Program-made: the position numbers and the translations under genes
Shown: positions 24,179-64,000 of the stretch, piece after piece
How positions within the stretch are numbered: the stretch's first letter is position 1
How the letters are laid out: each line of letters opens with the position of its first letter
From: Amoebidium appalachense
Taxonomy: Eukaryota > Protista > Ichthyosporea
DNA length: 64,000 bases
Assembly: GCA_963693365.1 (NCBI GenBank)
Contig: CAVNZM010000003.1
Location: 3,729,106 to 3,793,105, forward strand
Reading direction: 5' to 3'
The notes under the pieces: model-generated
The model's database searches: none
What the model saw: the letters and a program-made list of their open reading frames with translations, nothing else
Told to the model about the DNA's origin: nothing

Positions 24179-24319
24179 AGGGGTTTACACACTTTTTATT
24201 GCGTGGACACTGCCGGAGGCCCAGCCACATTCGACGGCCTACTGCGTTTTCCAGCGCAGCCAATCAAATGCAGCCAGTGACAAAAATGTACATGCTAGGC
24301 AACAATGAGCGCCATCGTA
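24179..24319 (-). mobile_element. 141-bp 3'-end fragment of the same LINE with a 10-bp target-site duplication
   Basis: Matches 20502-20610 plus 21765-21800; flanked by gggtaaactt at 24169-24178 and 24320-24329. Confidence 0.8.
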
Positions 24320-24597
24320 GGGTAAACTTGGGCACCTAAACGGGCATTTTCACCGACGTCCCACAAGGTTTCTCGTACTGTACGTACGCGTAGACCAGAC
24401 ACTATCGATGAAGGTCTGGTCGGTTCGTAGCGGGGATTGGCGTCCATCACGCACAAGCGACAATAGACTCGGTTGCACCGTCTGGAGTATGTATCGTGCA
24501 CCTGTCAGTGTGAAACGAAGGGATCCGGAAAGTTTCACCCTTTGATGACGAGTTTGATCAGTGAGTCGGTGACAACTGACCTATCAGCTGTCGCAAG

Positions 24598-24624
24598 CTG
24601 ATTGGTTCATTTTCGCGCCGAAAA
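24598..24624 (+). promoter_or_regulatory. Candidate promoter of the THUMP gene: reverse CCAAT box next to an E2F-like site
   Basis: ctgATTGGttcaTTTTCGCGCCgaaaa about 540 bp upstream of the ATG; motif match only. Confidence 0.3.
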
Positions 24625-25070
24625 CCCCCTAAACTTTTGGGGCTTTCAAACTATCCACAGGTAAAGGTACAATTAATTAAATATTGTACATACTGGTAAC
24701 TGTATATCGTACGATAAAGAATGTGGCTCTTGAAAATTAAGCCCTAACAGACAGATATATATAAATATGTTGTAACCCTTTTGAGGCTGTAAAAAGTGTT
24801 GAAAGTGTAGCCTGTATATCTCAAGGGAGATCTTAAATCTTTTGTCAGGGTTACGAATAACTAGATAACTGGAAAATGCTCGAGGGGGTCATAGAAGTTT
24901 CTAAGGGGAAACGGGCCAACTGAGTGCTGCCCCGGCCGGCAACATGAAGCCTTCCCTTCCACATGCCACGATTTTCACGATTTTCACGATGTTTTTCACT
25001 GCCTCACCCTTTGTTTTGCAGTAAGGAAAGGCAGTGTCTAGAAACAATATATTTTCTATCCGTCTCCGCT

Positions 25071-25124
<54 letters not shown>

Positions 25125-25156
25125 TTTTTTTTTTTTTAAGGGTTGAGACATTCACA

Positions 25157-40772
<15,616 letters not shown>

Positions 40773-40986
40773 CGTCACGTCCTTGGCCTTGCACGGGGTC
40801 ACGGGGCCGGGGCACGGGGGCACTGGTGCAGTGGAAAGATGACTGCCTTAATCTACGAATGCGTGATAGGGTCTTCTTCATTTTAGACCAATCACGTATA
40901 AATGAAGAAGAGATAGTCTTACTACATCCAAACACACAAAGATAATAGCAGAAACCGTCTCCCGTAGGAAATGCGAAATCCGGCAC

Positions 40987-41052
<66 letters not shown>

Positions 41053-41811
41053 GGGGGAGGGGGAGGGGAGAATGATATGTTGTGCGGAAAATAAACAAGT
41101 TACAATTGTATATAGTAAGTACTGAGTGATTCGAGGACTTTTTAGATAAATATGTTCTTTGGGAAGGCTTTGTGTGGACACGTATACGGGTGACGTGCAC
41201 TGAGGTGTGGTATGACGTACGCTGAGTTTCTACATGTAGCATAATTCTATGCATAGTGCTTTGTCTATAGGCTGTGGCTGTACAAAGCATATGTTGTATG
41301 TAAAATTCTTATTTATGGTCTGTATAATACTATGATCCATATCAGTGTGAGCACCATATGCATAGCATATGTAGTGCGCCAACATGCAGTGGAGGGGACA
41401 AGAGCTCATAGTCTTTAAATGAATTTATTTGATCATTTCGGTTCCTTGGGACAAAACAACAGAAGTTTTTGGTCAAACGCAAAATACTTTTCATTCACTT
41501 CTTCCCTTAATTATCCCGTCCCCCCCCTCCTTCCCCCTTCCCCCCCACTAAACACAAACACTAACCTCACTCGCACAACCTCTATTACCAAACTCCCCCT
41601 TACCCCCCTCCTGTACACCCTCCCTCCCTCTTCCCCCTCCTTCCCCTCCCCCCAACCCACCCTCCCCAAATTCCACCTCCACCACACGGTGCAACCTTGA
41701 ACCTCCCCTCCCCCCCCCCCCCCCCCCCCCCCTCTCCCCTCCCCCCTGCACCTTGTCCCCCTCCTCCTCCTCGAGCGCCCGCCCTCCCGCAGGCTCCCGC
41801 TTCTCCCCCCC

Positions 41812-41846
<35 letters not shown>

Positions 41847-42346
41847 CCCACCCCACCCCCTCCCCTCCCCCCTTCCTCTGCATCCCCTCTGCCACCCCCC
41901 CCCCCCCCCCCCCCCCCCCTTCCCCCCCTTCCCTCCCTCCCCCCCCCCCCCCCCCCCCCCCCCGCTCAACCATCATCAACCCCCACATGCTTGGTATCAA
42001 TCGATAGCCCTTGCTCTCCCCTACGTTTTGGGAGAGTTTCATGGTGGTGCGGTGTAAACCAATGGTAATACAAAATTTAAAGCCATATATGGCTAAAACG
42101 TTGGCTTTCGCCCAGGGCTCGAATTTTAGTTTCGAATTATTGGGGGGGGCCAACTGGTTCTTTGGTAATCACCAAAAAAACTTTGGTAAAACCCTCGATC
42201 GTCCTCCTCCTCCCCCCCTTACCCCCCCCCCCTCCCCCCCCTCCCTCCTCCCACCCACCCTCCCCTCCCTCTCCCCCCCCCCCCCCCCCTCCCTCCCTCC
42301 ATCCCTCCCTCCCTGGAAAGTACATGCATAAGTAGGGGCTGCAGCT

Positions 42347-42403
<57 letters not shown>

Positions 42404-43013
42404 TGCGTGTGTGTGTGCGTGGGGGGGGGGGGGGGGGGGGGGGGGAGGGGGGGAGGGGGGGGGGGGGGGGGGGGGAGGGGAGGTCAGGGGGGGGGGGGGG
42501 GGGGGGGGGGCTGTACCATTCCCTTGGACGATCTTTGGGAAATCGTTCAAAAAGTTTGGCCAACCGTTTTTTGGTAATATCGAACTCTGCTTTCGCCAAC
42601 GTCACAGGATCTGCGATCTATCAGTATGAGTGAACTGTGTGTGTGTGCACGTGTGTGTGTGTGCGTGTGTGCCACGGTATGTGCTGCGTGTGTGTGTGTG
42701 TCTCAGTCAAGTGGATAGGGGGGGGTTTACGCTGTTTACTCGAGGCAAAGAGAAACCAGTCTCAGGTATGGGGGGGGTTTTGCTCGGAATATCCCCTCAG
42801 CGGTATATCATGATCACGTACATAGATGTCGGGTGATGACTATATATCAGGGTTTACTTTCTCTACGAGACACCATAAAGACTACAAAGAGAAATCAATT
42901 AGTGTTGGGGTTCCCCGTTTTTTTTTTTATTCTTTTTTTTTTATTTATTTATTTATTTTTATTTTTATTTTTTATTTTTAAGGGGCTCCCCTGGGACACT
43001 CGGTATCAGCTGG

Positions 43014-43120
<107 letters not shown>

Positions 43121-44144
43121 TGCGCTGGAATTTTGTAGTGATGTGTTTCTCAAGCCAATCAATACATCTAATAAACAGGTCGTAGTTACGCGTGTTTAGT
43201 ATAAAATCAAGGATGTTGTAATTTACAGGTAGGCTATCTTTCTGGGTGTCTGTTGTGAATGTAACGTGTGTGTGTTGCGGTATTATGTGGTCTATCAAAC
43301 TAGATTTGGCGATACATGACCGGTTAAACTGGTGTGTGTGTGTGTTGTTTGGGCATGCAAATGATGCCACCTTATACTTATTAGATCTCCACTGTATAGC
43401 ACGTGTACAGTAAAAGCGTGGTAATTGATCAATAATACCATCAGCTAGAGAAAGACCAGTTCTACAGGAAGGTACCAGTTCTACAGGAAGGTAAAGTGGA
43501 TAATGTGACCAAGATCTCTCTTCTTCAGCTCTCAAAAGTTTTGAGCAAGTCATATAAAGACTTGGATTTTCATCGTTGTTGAACTTGCCACAACTTGAAG
43601 AGAGAACTTCCATAACAGTTGCACTGGGTCGACTCGACGACGTGCGGCTAGGCCTAGGACATGATCATCCGTGTCCGACACAAACGGTGCTTATTTTGTA
43701 TATAAATCGATCTATCCCGGTGAGCCAGGAAGTTGCACCCACCAATCACCATAGGTTTATTGAAGGCAAATCGAATGTATCCAATAGGAAATATGCCTGG
43801 CACTGAGCAATATAGCTAAATATGGTTAAAAAATAACTGAACCAATCGGTGAATTGTGGGCCTTTGCAAAAAAGCAACAAATGAAGGGGAAGCGTTTCTG
43901 TCACTGACTCTTCAAGCTCTTCACTCAGTGAAGGACAGTACATAAGCCACTGTTGAACCCGGTGTTCTTTTATGTTCTACTTTTCTTCTCTCTATCATCT
44001 GAAAAGCCTTATTATTCAAATAACAAACCTCTGAAAGAATCTTGGATAGCGAACCCCATCTCTTCTCCCCTCCCCTCTGCAAGAAACGTAGAGCCAATTT
44101 CTTGGTTCTCCTCCCCACCTACCCAATTTGTTTTAGGAGCAATA

Positions 44145-44664
44145 ATGTTGGGAAGAGCAGCTAACAGGGTGAGGGAACTAGCCCCACTCGCTTACAGTGT
44201 CAGCGTTGGTAAAGGTACGTATTCCTTTCCATACCTTCATAATTTAGGGCCGGGGGGTGGGGGACGCCAAGGAGGGACGTGGAGGAGAGGAGGATGGAGA
44301 GAGGGGAGGGGGGGTGGAGGGGGGGGGGGGGGGGGGGGGGGGGAGGGAGAGGGTCACCATGTATAGAAAGGAAAGCGGAGTGCTTCCCTCGCCTCCTCCC
44401 TGGCTCTCCGTTTCCTGTGAACTATGTCGCTTAATCTCCAAGTCGTTTTGGACATCTGTGTAGATGGCTCTCTTATCTTTATGGACAGCAAGTTCCGGGC
44501 AGTTGGACAAAGACAAACTTCGTTACGGTTATCTTGTATTGAGAGCCCCCTCACACGCCAGGTGTGATAAGCATTTTTCTAGCAGCTTCATTGTCAACTT
44601 ACTGCCACTGCTCTTAACAGTCATTACGATCCTCTCTATTTTTTTGTTACCCATCCTACAAATC

Positions 44665-44700
<36 letters not shown>

Positions 44701-46476
44701 CCCTCACCCCAACCTCCTAACATACTTCGAATAAGTCACGCTAATACTACTATCCCTCCTTGTATCACAATGCTATGATAACAAATCCTCCATGTACGCA
44801 TCATGATGTTCACACACATCAACACACAGGTATCACCTCTTCCTTCAGCCGCCTATTTTCCTCGACGGCAGCTGCCACCGACACCAAACCACAACATGCA
44901 TCCGTAGAACGGATCCTCTACTCACCCACCGGAATGAAAGTCACACTCACGCCCATCACCCCGGAAAGGCTTGAAGAAGCTCTGGATTTCACCGTCGAAT
45001 ACTTTCAAAAAGACGAACCTCTAAACAATATCCTGGGCCAAAAATATAAAAACGACGCCATTTCCGCGTATATGAAAGATCGCGGGCAGGCGATTATGGA
45101 TGCTGGGTTGTCTTACATGGCATTGACGCCTGATGGGAGGATGGTGGGTGCGTTCACTTCTTGCACTCAGAGGGCGGAGGAGGAGGCGTTGGAGAGGTCC
45201 AAATTCCGTGTGAATAAGAGCACGGACGCGGGGTTTGTGGATGAGATGGGGTTGATTAGGCCTACGTATGAAGATGTCAAGCAGTTGTTTAAGGTTGGTT
45301 ATTGTTTCTTTTGCCCCCCCCCCAAAATAAAAAAAATAAAAAAAGAAGAAAAAAAAGAAAAAGAGATATTTTGTGTTGGTTTTTATTGTCTCCTCTCCGT
45401 AAATCCAACTCTCTAACGCATACACCAACCCCCCCCCCGCCAACCCCCCCCCCCTCCCCCCCCCCCTTCCCCCCCTGCGCCGGCCCTCCCCCTCCCGGAT
45501 ATTAAAGACTGTGTGCTTTTGACTCTATTACTCATTCTGAATCCGCCTCCTCCCTCCCCCCTCCCCCTTCCCCCTCCCCCCACCTCCACCACCACCACCA
45601 CGTGCTAGCCATGCATACTGCCAAGCCAAAGTGAAGAAGAGCGTTGTGATGTGGGCTCTCTCGAGCTTTCATTTGTCTGATGGTTTCTGTTTTGTGGGTT
45701 TTTTGTGACTTCGCTCCTCTGTTTGCCATTCACCAATGCATGCATCTCCCCTTCCCCGTGCCCCTGCTCCCCCCTCCCCCTCCCTCTCACTGTCCTACAC
45801 ACACACACACGCACCTTCATTCTTGCTTAACCCTTTTTCCGCCTCCATTGCATATGCATCCCCGTCACCCTCGGAGCATCCCTTCGATAATTCCTCCCTT
45901 CAGAATCACCCCCCTCCCCCTCCCCCTCCCCCTCCCCCCCTTCCCCCCCCCCCCCCCCCCTTCCCCACCCATGGAAACCCCCTCCCCTCCCCCCTTCCCC
46001 CCTCCCCCCCCCCCCCCCCCCTCCTTTCCCTCTTCCTCTCCACATTTTCAATAGTAATACAACTTTCCTCACCTCCGGCATACTCCCACCCACGACAGGA
46101 ACTCTACGAGAATATTCCCCTTCCAGAAGACACCCCGGAAGCCCCCGTCATTCACGCACTGTGCGCGGCGGTTTCACCTGACGTCCGCGGTTTCGGCTTG
46201 ATGATGTCGGGGCTGGGGTTCATGCTCGAGCAGGCTAGATACGCGAATTTTCGCTACGCGGTGAGCGAATGCACCATGGATTTCTCGACGAGGGGGCTCT
46301 ATCGGCTCGGGGGGAAATGCGTGAATTTCATCGAGTACAAGTCGTGGAAGTGTAGGGGGAAGAACGTGTTGGCGTCGATCTCGGAGGAGCATAAGGGGAT
46401 TTCGCTGTTTGTGTTGGATTTGCAGAGTCCGGATTTCAACCCTAGACCTACACCTCTCAACCCCCCCAAGCCCTGA
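44145..46476 (+). CDS. GNAT N-acetyltransferase resembling insect-type arylalkylamine N-acetyltransferases. Exons 44145-44214, 44830-45293, 46099-46476
   Basis: Phase-consistent junctions; YFQKDEPLN motif; GLSYMALTPDGRMVG; acetyl-CoA motif AVSPDVRGFGL; ECTMDFSTR; N-terminus rich in Arg, Ser and Ala (MLGRAANRVRELAP...FSRLFSSTAAA). Confidence 0.8.
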
Positions 46477-47273
46477 TTGAATGTTCTCTAGATGAGTTTC
46501 CAGTAATTAATCGTTCAGTGATTTTTGCTCAAAATATACCGAGGACCAATAGCAATGCCCACGCATGAGATACCATGTTAGCACAAACACCCCATCGCGT
46601 TGGCACGCCACACCTATTCTGTAACACTTTTTTTTTTTTAAAAAAAAAAAAAAAAGGTCTCTTGGCTACTCTTACTTTTCCTAGATTGCTACGAGATGTC
46701 TTGCATTTTTCTCGGTATTGTATGCTTCCCTTTGTTTGTATGAGTTCGGTAGTTTTAGTAGACTAATTTTTTTCCCCTTTTAAATGCCCGTTTGAAGTAT
46801 ACACATGTTTTTGAAGTATGCGTGACCTAAGTTGCTAGCTTCTTGCAGGGTATGCAGTACCATCACATTAGTAAAACCATGACCCATGAGTATAAGTTTG
46901 CTATGCATGTATCTTAGCCAAATACATGTTTTTTCCCTTTTTAGTGCAGTCGAGCAAAGCTATGTAGGAAATACGGAATTAAATTAGGAATTAATTGCAA
47001 ACGGTCTCCGAAGCACCGACTGAATGAATATATATGCGGCTGCATATAAATGAGACAGGACATCTATAACCAAGGCTACTGTTTGCTGTTTGATTTTAAA
47101 AAATTTTACACATCTAATGGGGTGAATTCAGTGATGATGATTTGGTTGAGCTTATTGTATTGCAGGAAGGGGTTCTGTACTGAAATTGCACTTCTTTCGG
47201 GGGTTTTCGTGTCACCATTCACGCGTCGTTGGCACACAGGGCATCGACCCCCTCCCCCCCCCCCCCCCCCCCC

Positions 47274-47310
<37 letters not shown>

Positions 47311-47438
47311 CAACGAAAAGGGCAAACACTCGCAAAATAGATACATTAAAAACCTGGCCCACCTACGCAGCGGCTTGCATGCGAAGGCAGAAAAAAATAA
47401 ATATTCATGGCATCCCAAGGAGAAATTTTTTTTTTTTT

Positions 47439-47482
<44 letters not shown>

Positions 47483-47586
47483 CATGATCGTGAATTTGAA
47501 GGCGGAAATATGAAAGTGGATACCTATGGCACCCAACTTTAGTACTAAAAATTTTGTAGTTGGGACGGGTGTGTATGCCCCCCCCC

Positions 47587-47652
<66 letters not shown>

Positions 47653-48101
47653 AAACACACACACACACAAACACACCTCATGTACCCACGCCCCCCCACC
47701 CCCTACCCGGTGCCCCCACCACTTGCTCTCAAGGGAGTTCCGGCCTCGTAGATTTCCGGCCGACAGGCACGCCGGCAAACGGCAGGGGGAGGGTGGGGGA
47801 AGAGAGGGCCGGGGGATCCGGAGAGAAAGAAGGGGGGTGGGGGTGGTGGCCGGGTGGGGGGAAATCAGGAAGGCCAAGGAGCTCTCCAGGGCCGGAAGCG
47901 ACAGGGATCCCGTCTCAGATACGGAGACAGAAACCTTTCAGAGGGCTAGAGAGCTTGAGCGCGCGCTTGAGAGAAAGAGAGATCTAGACGGAGTCGAGTC
48001 TGAGAGAGATTGGCAAGAGAGAGAGAGAGGGAGCTGGTCAATGAGAGCTCGGCCGGAACGAGAGATATATATCTAGAGATCTACGAGAGATCAGAGAGAG
48101 A

Positions 48102-48135
<34 letters not shown>

Positions 48136-48503
48136 GAGTGGTGGGGATACGCATCTGCATGCTTCAAGTGGGAGCATAGGATCGCGCAAGGGGGAGGGAG
48201 GGAGGGAGGGAGGGAGGGGGGGGGGGGGGGGGGGGGGAGTTAAGTGCCTGTGTGTGGGTGTACATGTTCGCACATACACACGTGTGACTGCATATGTACA
48301 TGCATGTGTCGGGTGGGTGTTGTAATTGGTGGGCGGGTACATTCACGTATGGAATGCTAGACTCTGTTTTGAAGTATGAAAGTCTGGCAGGGTACACACA
48401 CGGCATGTACGGACACAGTAATTGTAGGTACATTCATGTGCTGACTACAGAGAACATGTGGTCGTGTGTGTGCTCGTGTGTAACTCGCTGCATACTTCAA
48501 TCC

Positions 48504-48538
<35 letters not shown>

Positions 48539-49617
48539 TCCTGCCACGTGTGTGGGCCAAAAAAAAAGGTTGTCCGTCTTTTCGTGTTCAACATCTGAAT
48601 TCAAACACTCAATCGAAGAAATAATTTCTAATACTAGCAACCGTTCTGATACCTTAAAACCAACGAGAGACAAACAAAGCAAAGCCTAAAAACTCAAGTG
48701 AGTTCTCGAATCCCTTTGAAGTTTTCCACACCACGAGAAGAAAAATTGCAGCACCACGAACACCAGCACAAGTATAACCATGGTCTCTGAGTGGGACATC
48801 AGGTGCAGGAATTCACAATACAACAAACTGAGTCTCATGTTCAATCCGCGCCTAGCGCAAGCGGTTTGAAAACAATATATCAATGAAACCGTCTAAGCCT
48901 AAGCTCATATTTACGGAAAAGGGAACAAGTCGTAGCACCCATTCAGTCTACCTATAACTTCTATGACACTCGGTAGGAACACATTCACCACAGAGACAAA
49001 CGAACTACGAAAAGTAACCCCCCCCCCCCCCCCCCCCTCCACTACCCATCCTACCCCCCCCCCCCCCCCCCCCTTCTTCCCCTCAAACACACACGCACAC
49101 ACACGTCCACCCACCCACCACCACACACACACAAACAAGGGGTTTTCAGACAGGCCGTTATCATGCATACGTGGGTACGTGCACTCAAAGAGTTGAGAAC
49201 CTGGGATAACTACGAAACATACACTCATTCAATTTCGGTCGCGGGGCCGATACAGCTTCTAGCATAACAAAAACTTATTACGATGTGAACAGAGCAGAAA
49301 CCAAACAAACAGCTGTGCATGAAAATACAAACTATTCTGAAGTATAAGGCAAACCTTGAATAACAATACGAAGGGAATGTGTGAACAATCGATTTCTCTA
49401 AAAAGTTCAACCAAATACGTGCAAGATACATCATGGAAGTGCGGCTTCATTGATTTTCGTTCAGGCAGCCGTTGCTAGCCGGACACACAGCAAACGTGTG
49501 TTTGCAGTAGATGAAATCCGATATCCGTCCAGGTGCACGCCACGTCGACACACGATTGTGTATGCACGTCCACACGCGCACGGGTGCATACTTGTGGGTG
49601 TGCATGGGCATGTACGG

Positions 49618-63480
<13,863 letters not shown>

Positions 63481-63563
63481 CTGTGTGCACAACAAACATG
63501 CTCGTGTCAGTCACAGCCTATCAATGTTTCAAAAAAAATTATAAGGCTGAAAAGGAGGAGGGG

Positions 63564-63697
63564 TTATAATGCGGAACACTGCACGAAGTACAAGTACACG
63601 ATGAAAAACACGGTGCAGGACACAAGCAAAGGCAAATACTCAACCATCTAACGTCAGCAACGCGTGCAGTATGCAAAAGGAGCCGAGCCCATCCTCC
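63564..63697 (-). mobile_element. Diverged, truncated copy of the structured repeat
   Basis: Minus strand ggaggatgggctc...gtgtcctgcaccgtg..catcgtgtacttgtacttcgtgcagtgttccgcattataaccc. Confidence 0.75.
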
Positions 63698-63716
63698 GGG
63701 GGTGGGGGGGGGGGGG

Positions 63717-63998
63717 TTGAATGCGGAACACGGTACGAAGTATGCATACACGAAGGACACATGCAAAGGCAAACATTCAAGTATGCAACATAGCCATGCG
63801 CACAGTATGCGTCATAAGCAGAGCCCATCCTCAGGGAGGGCCCAAGTCATCAATTGCGTCTGAGTTTCGACCCCTTAGCCCGCGTATATACGACTCTCCA
63901 ACTCAGACAGCAGCATCAACTGAACTTGGGAGGGCCAACCCGTCTTGATCAAAGACGAGCAGGGTTGCTTATGCAAGCAAGGTGAGCAAAACGGTGAA
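63717..63998 (-). mobile_element. Young copy of the structured repeat (3' ~280 nt) ending in poly-C on the minus strand
   Basis: Near-identical to 33129-33426; ORF 63721-63948 matches ORFs 33179-33472 and 33632-33934. Confidence 0.9.
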
Positions 63999-64000
63999 TA

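Noticed and set aside
20501-24319. Reading the three ~105-bp repeats as TIRs, LTRs or Penelope pseudo-LTRs
   Set aside because: The TSDs (gacata, gggtaaactt) explain them more simply as 3' ends of separate nested LINE insertions, and the RT motifs are of non-LTR type
44464-44561. Alternative first coding exon of the GNAT gene
   Set aside because: Its donor is in phase 2, incompatible with the phase-1 acceptor at 44830; exon 44145-44214 fits

Overview
Eukaryotic nuclear DNA. Spliceosomal GT-AG introns are filled with long C/G homopolymer runs and (CA)n/(TG)n microsatellites; the gene content suggests a unicellular opisthokont, but that is inference only. Most long ORFs in the track are low-complexity noise. 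Reading splice sites by hand gives phase-consistent models for four genes: a GT61-family glycosyltransferase (+, 8 exons, 7002-17123), a THUMP-domain tRNA m2G methyltransferase, THUMPD3-like (+, 13 exons, 25157-40772), an insect-AANAT-like GNAT acetyltransferase with a likely mitochondrial presequence (+, 3 exons, 44145-46476), and a USP deubiquitinase with a MYND finger (-, 16 exons in the window, 49618-63480, 5' end beyond the window). The window also holds the last exon of an unknown gene, an intronless F-box/LRR pseudogene, a self-nested non-LTR retrotransposon cluster, a decayed Ty3/gypsy fragment and a TTAA-flanked foldback MITE. Three things stand out. (1) A highly structured non-coding repeat with a ~453-nt unit has a fixed 3' end that runs into poly-C, and every copy lies sense-oriented in an intron. 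(2) A LINE family ends in oligo-C rather than poly-A. (3) Degenerate 'echo' copies of splice junctions occur in many introns.
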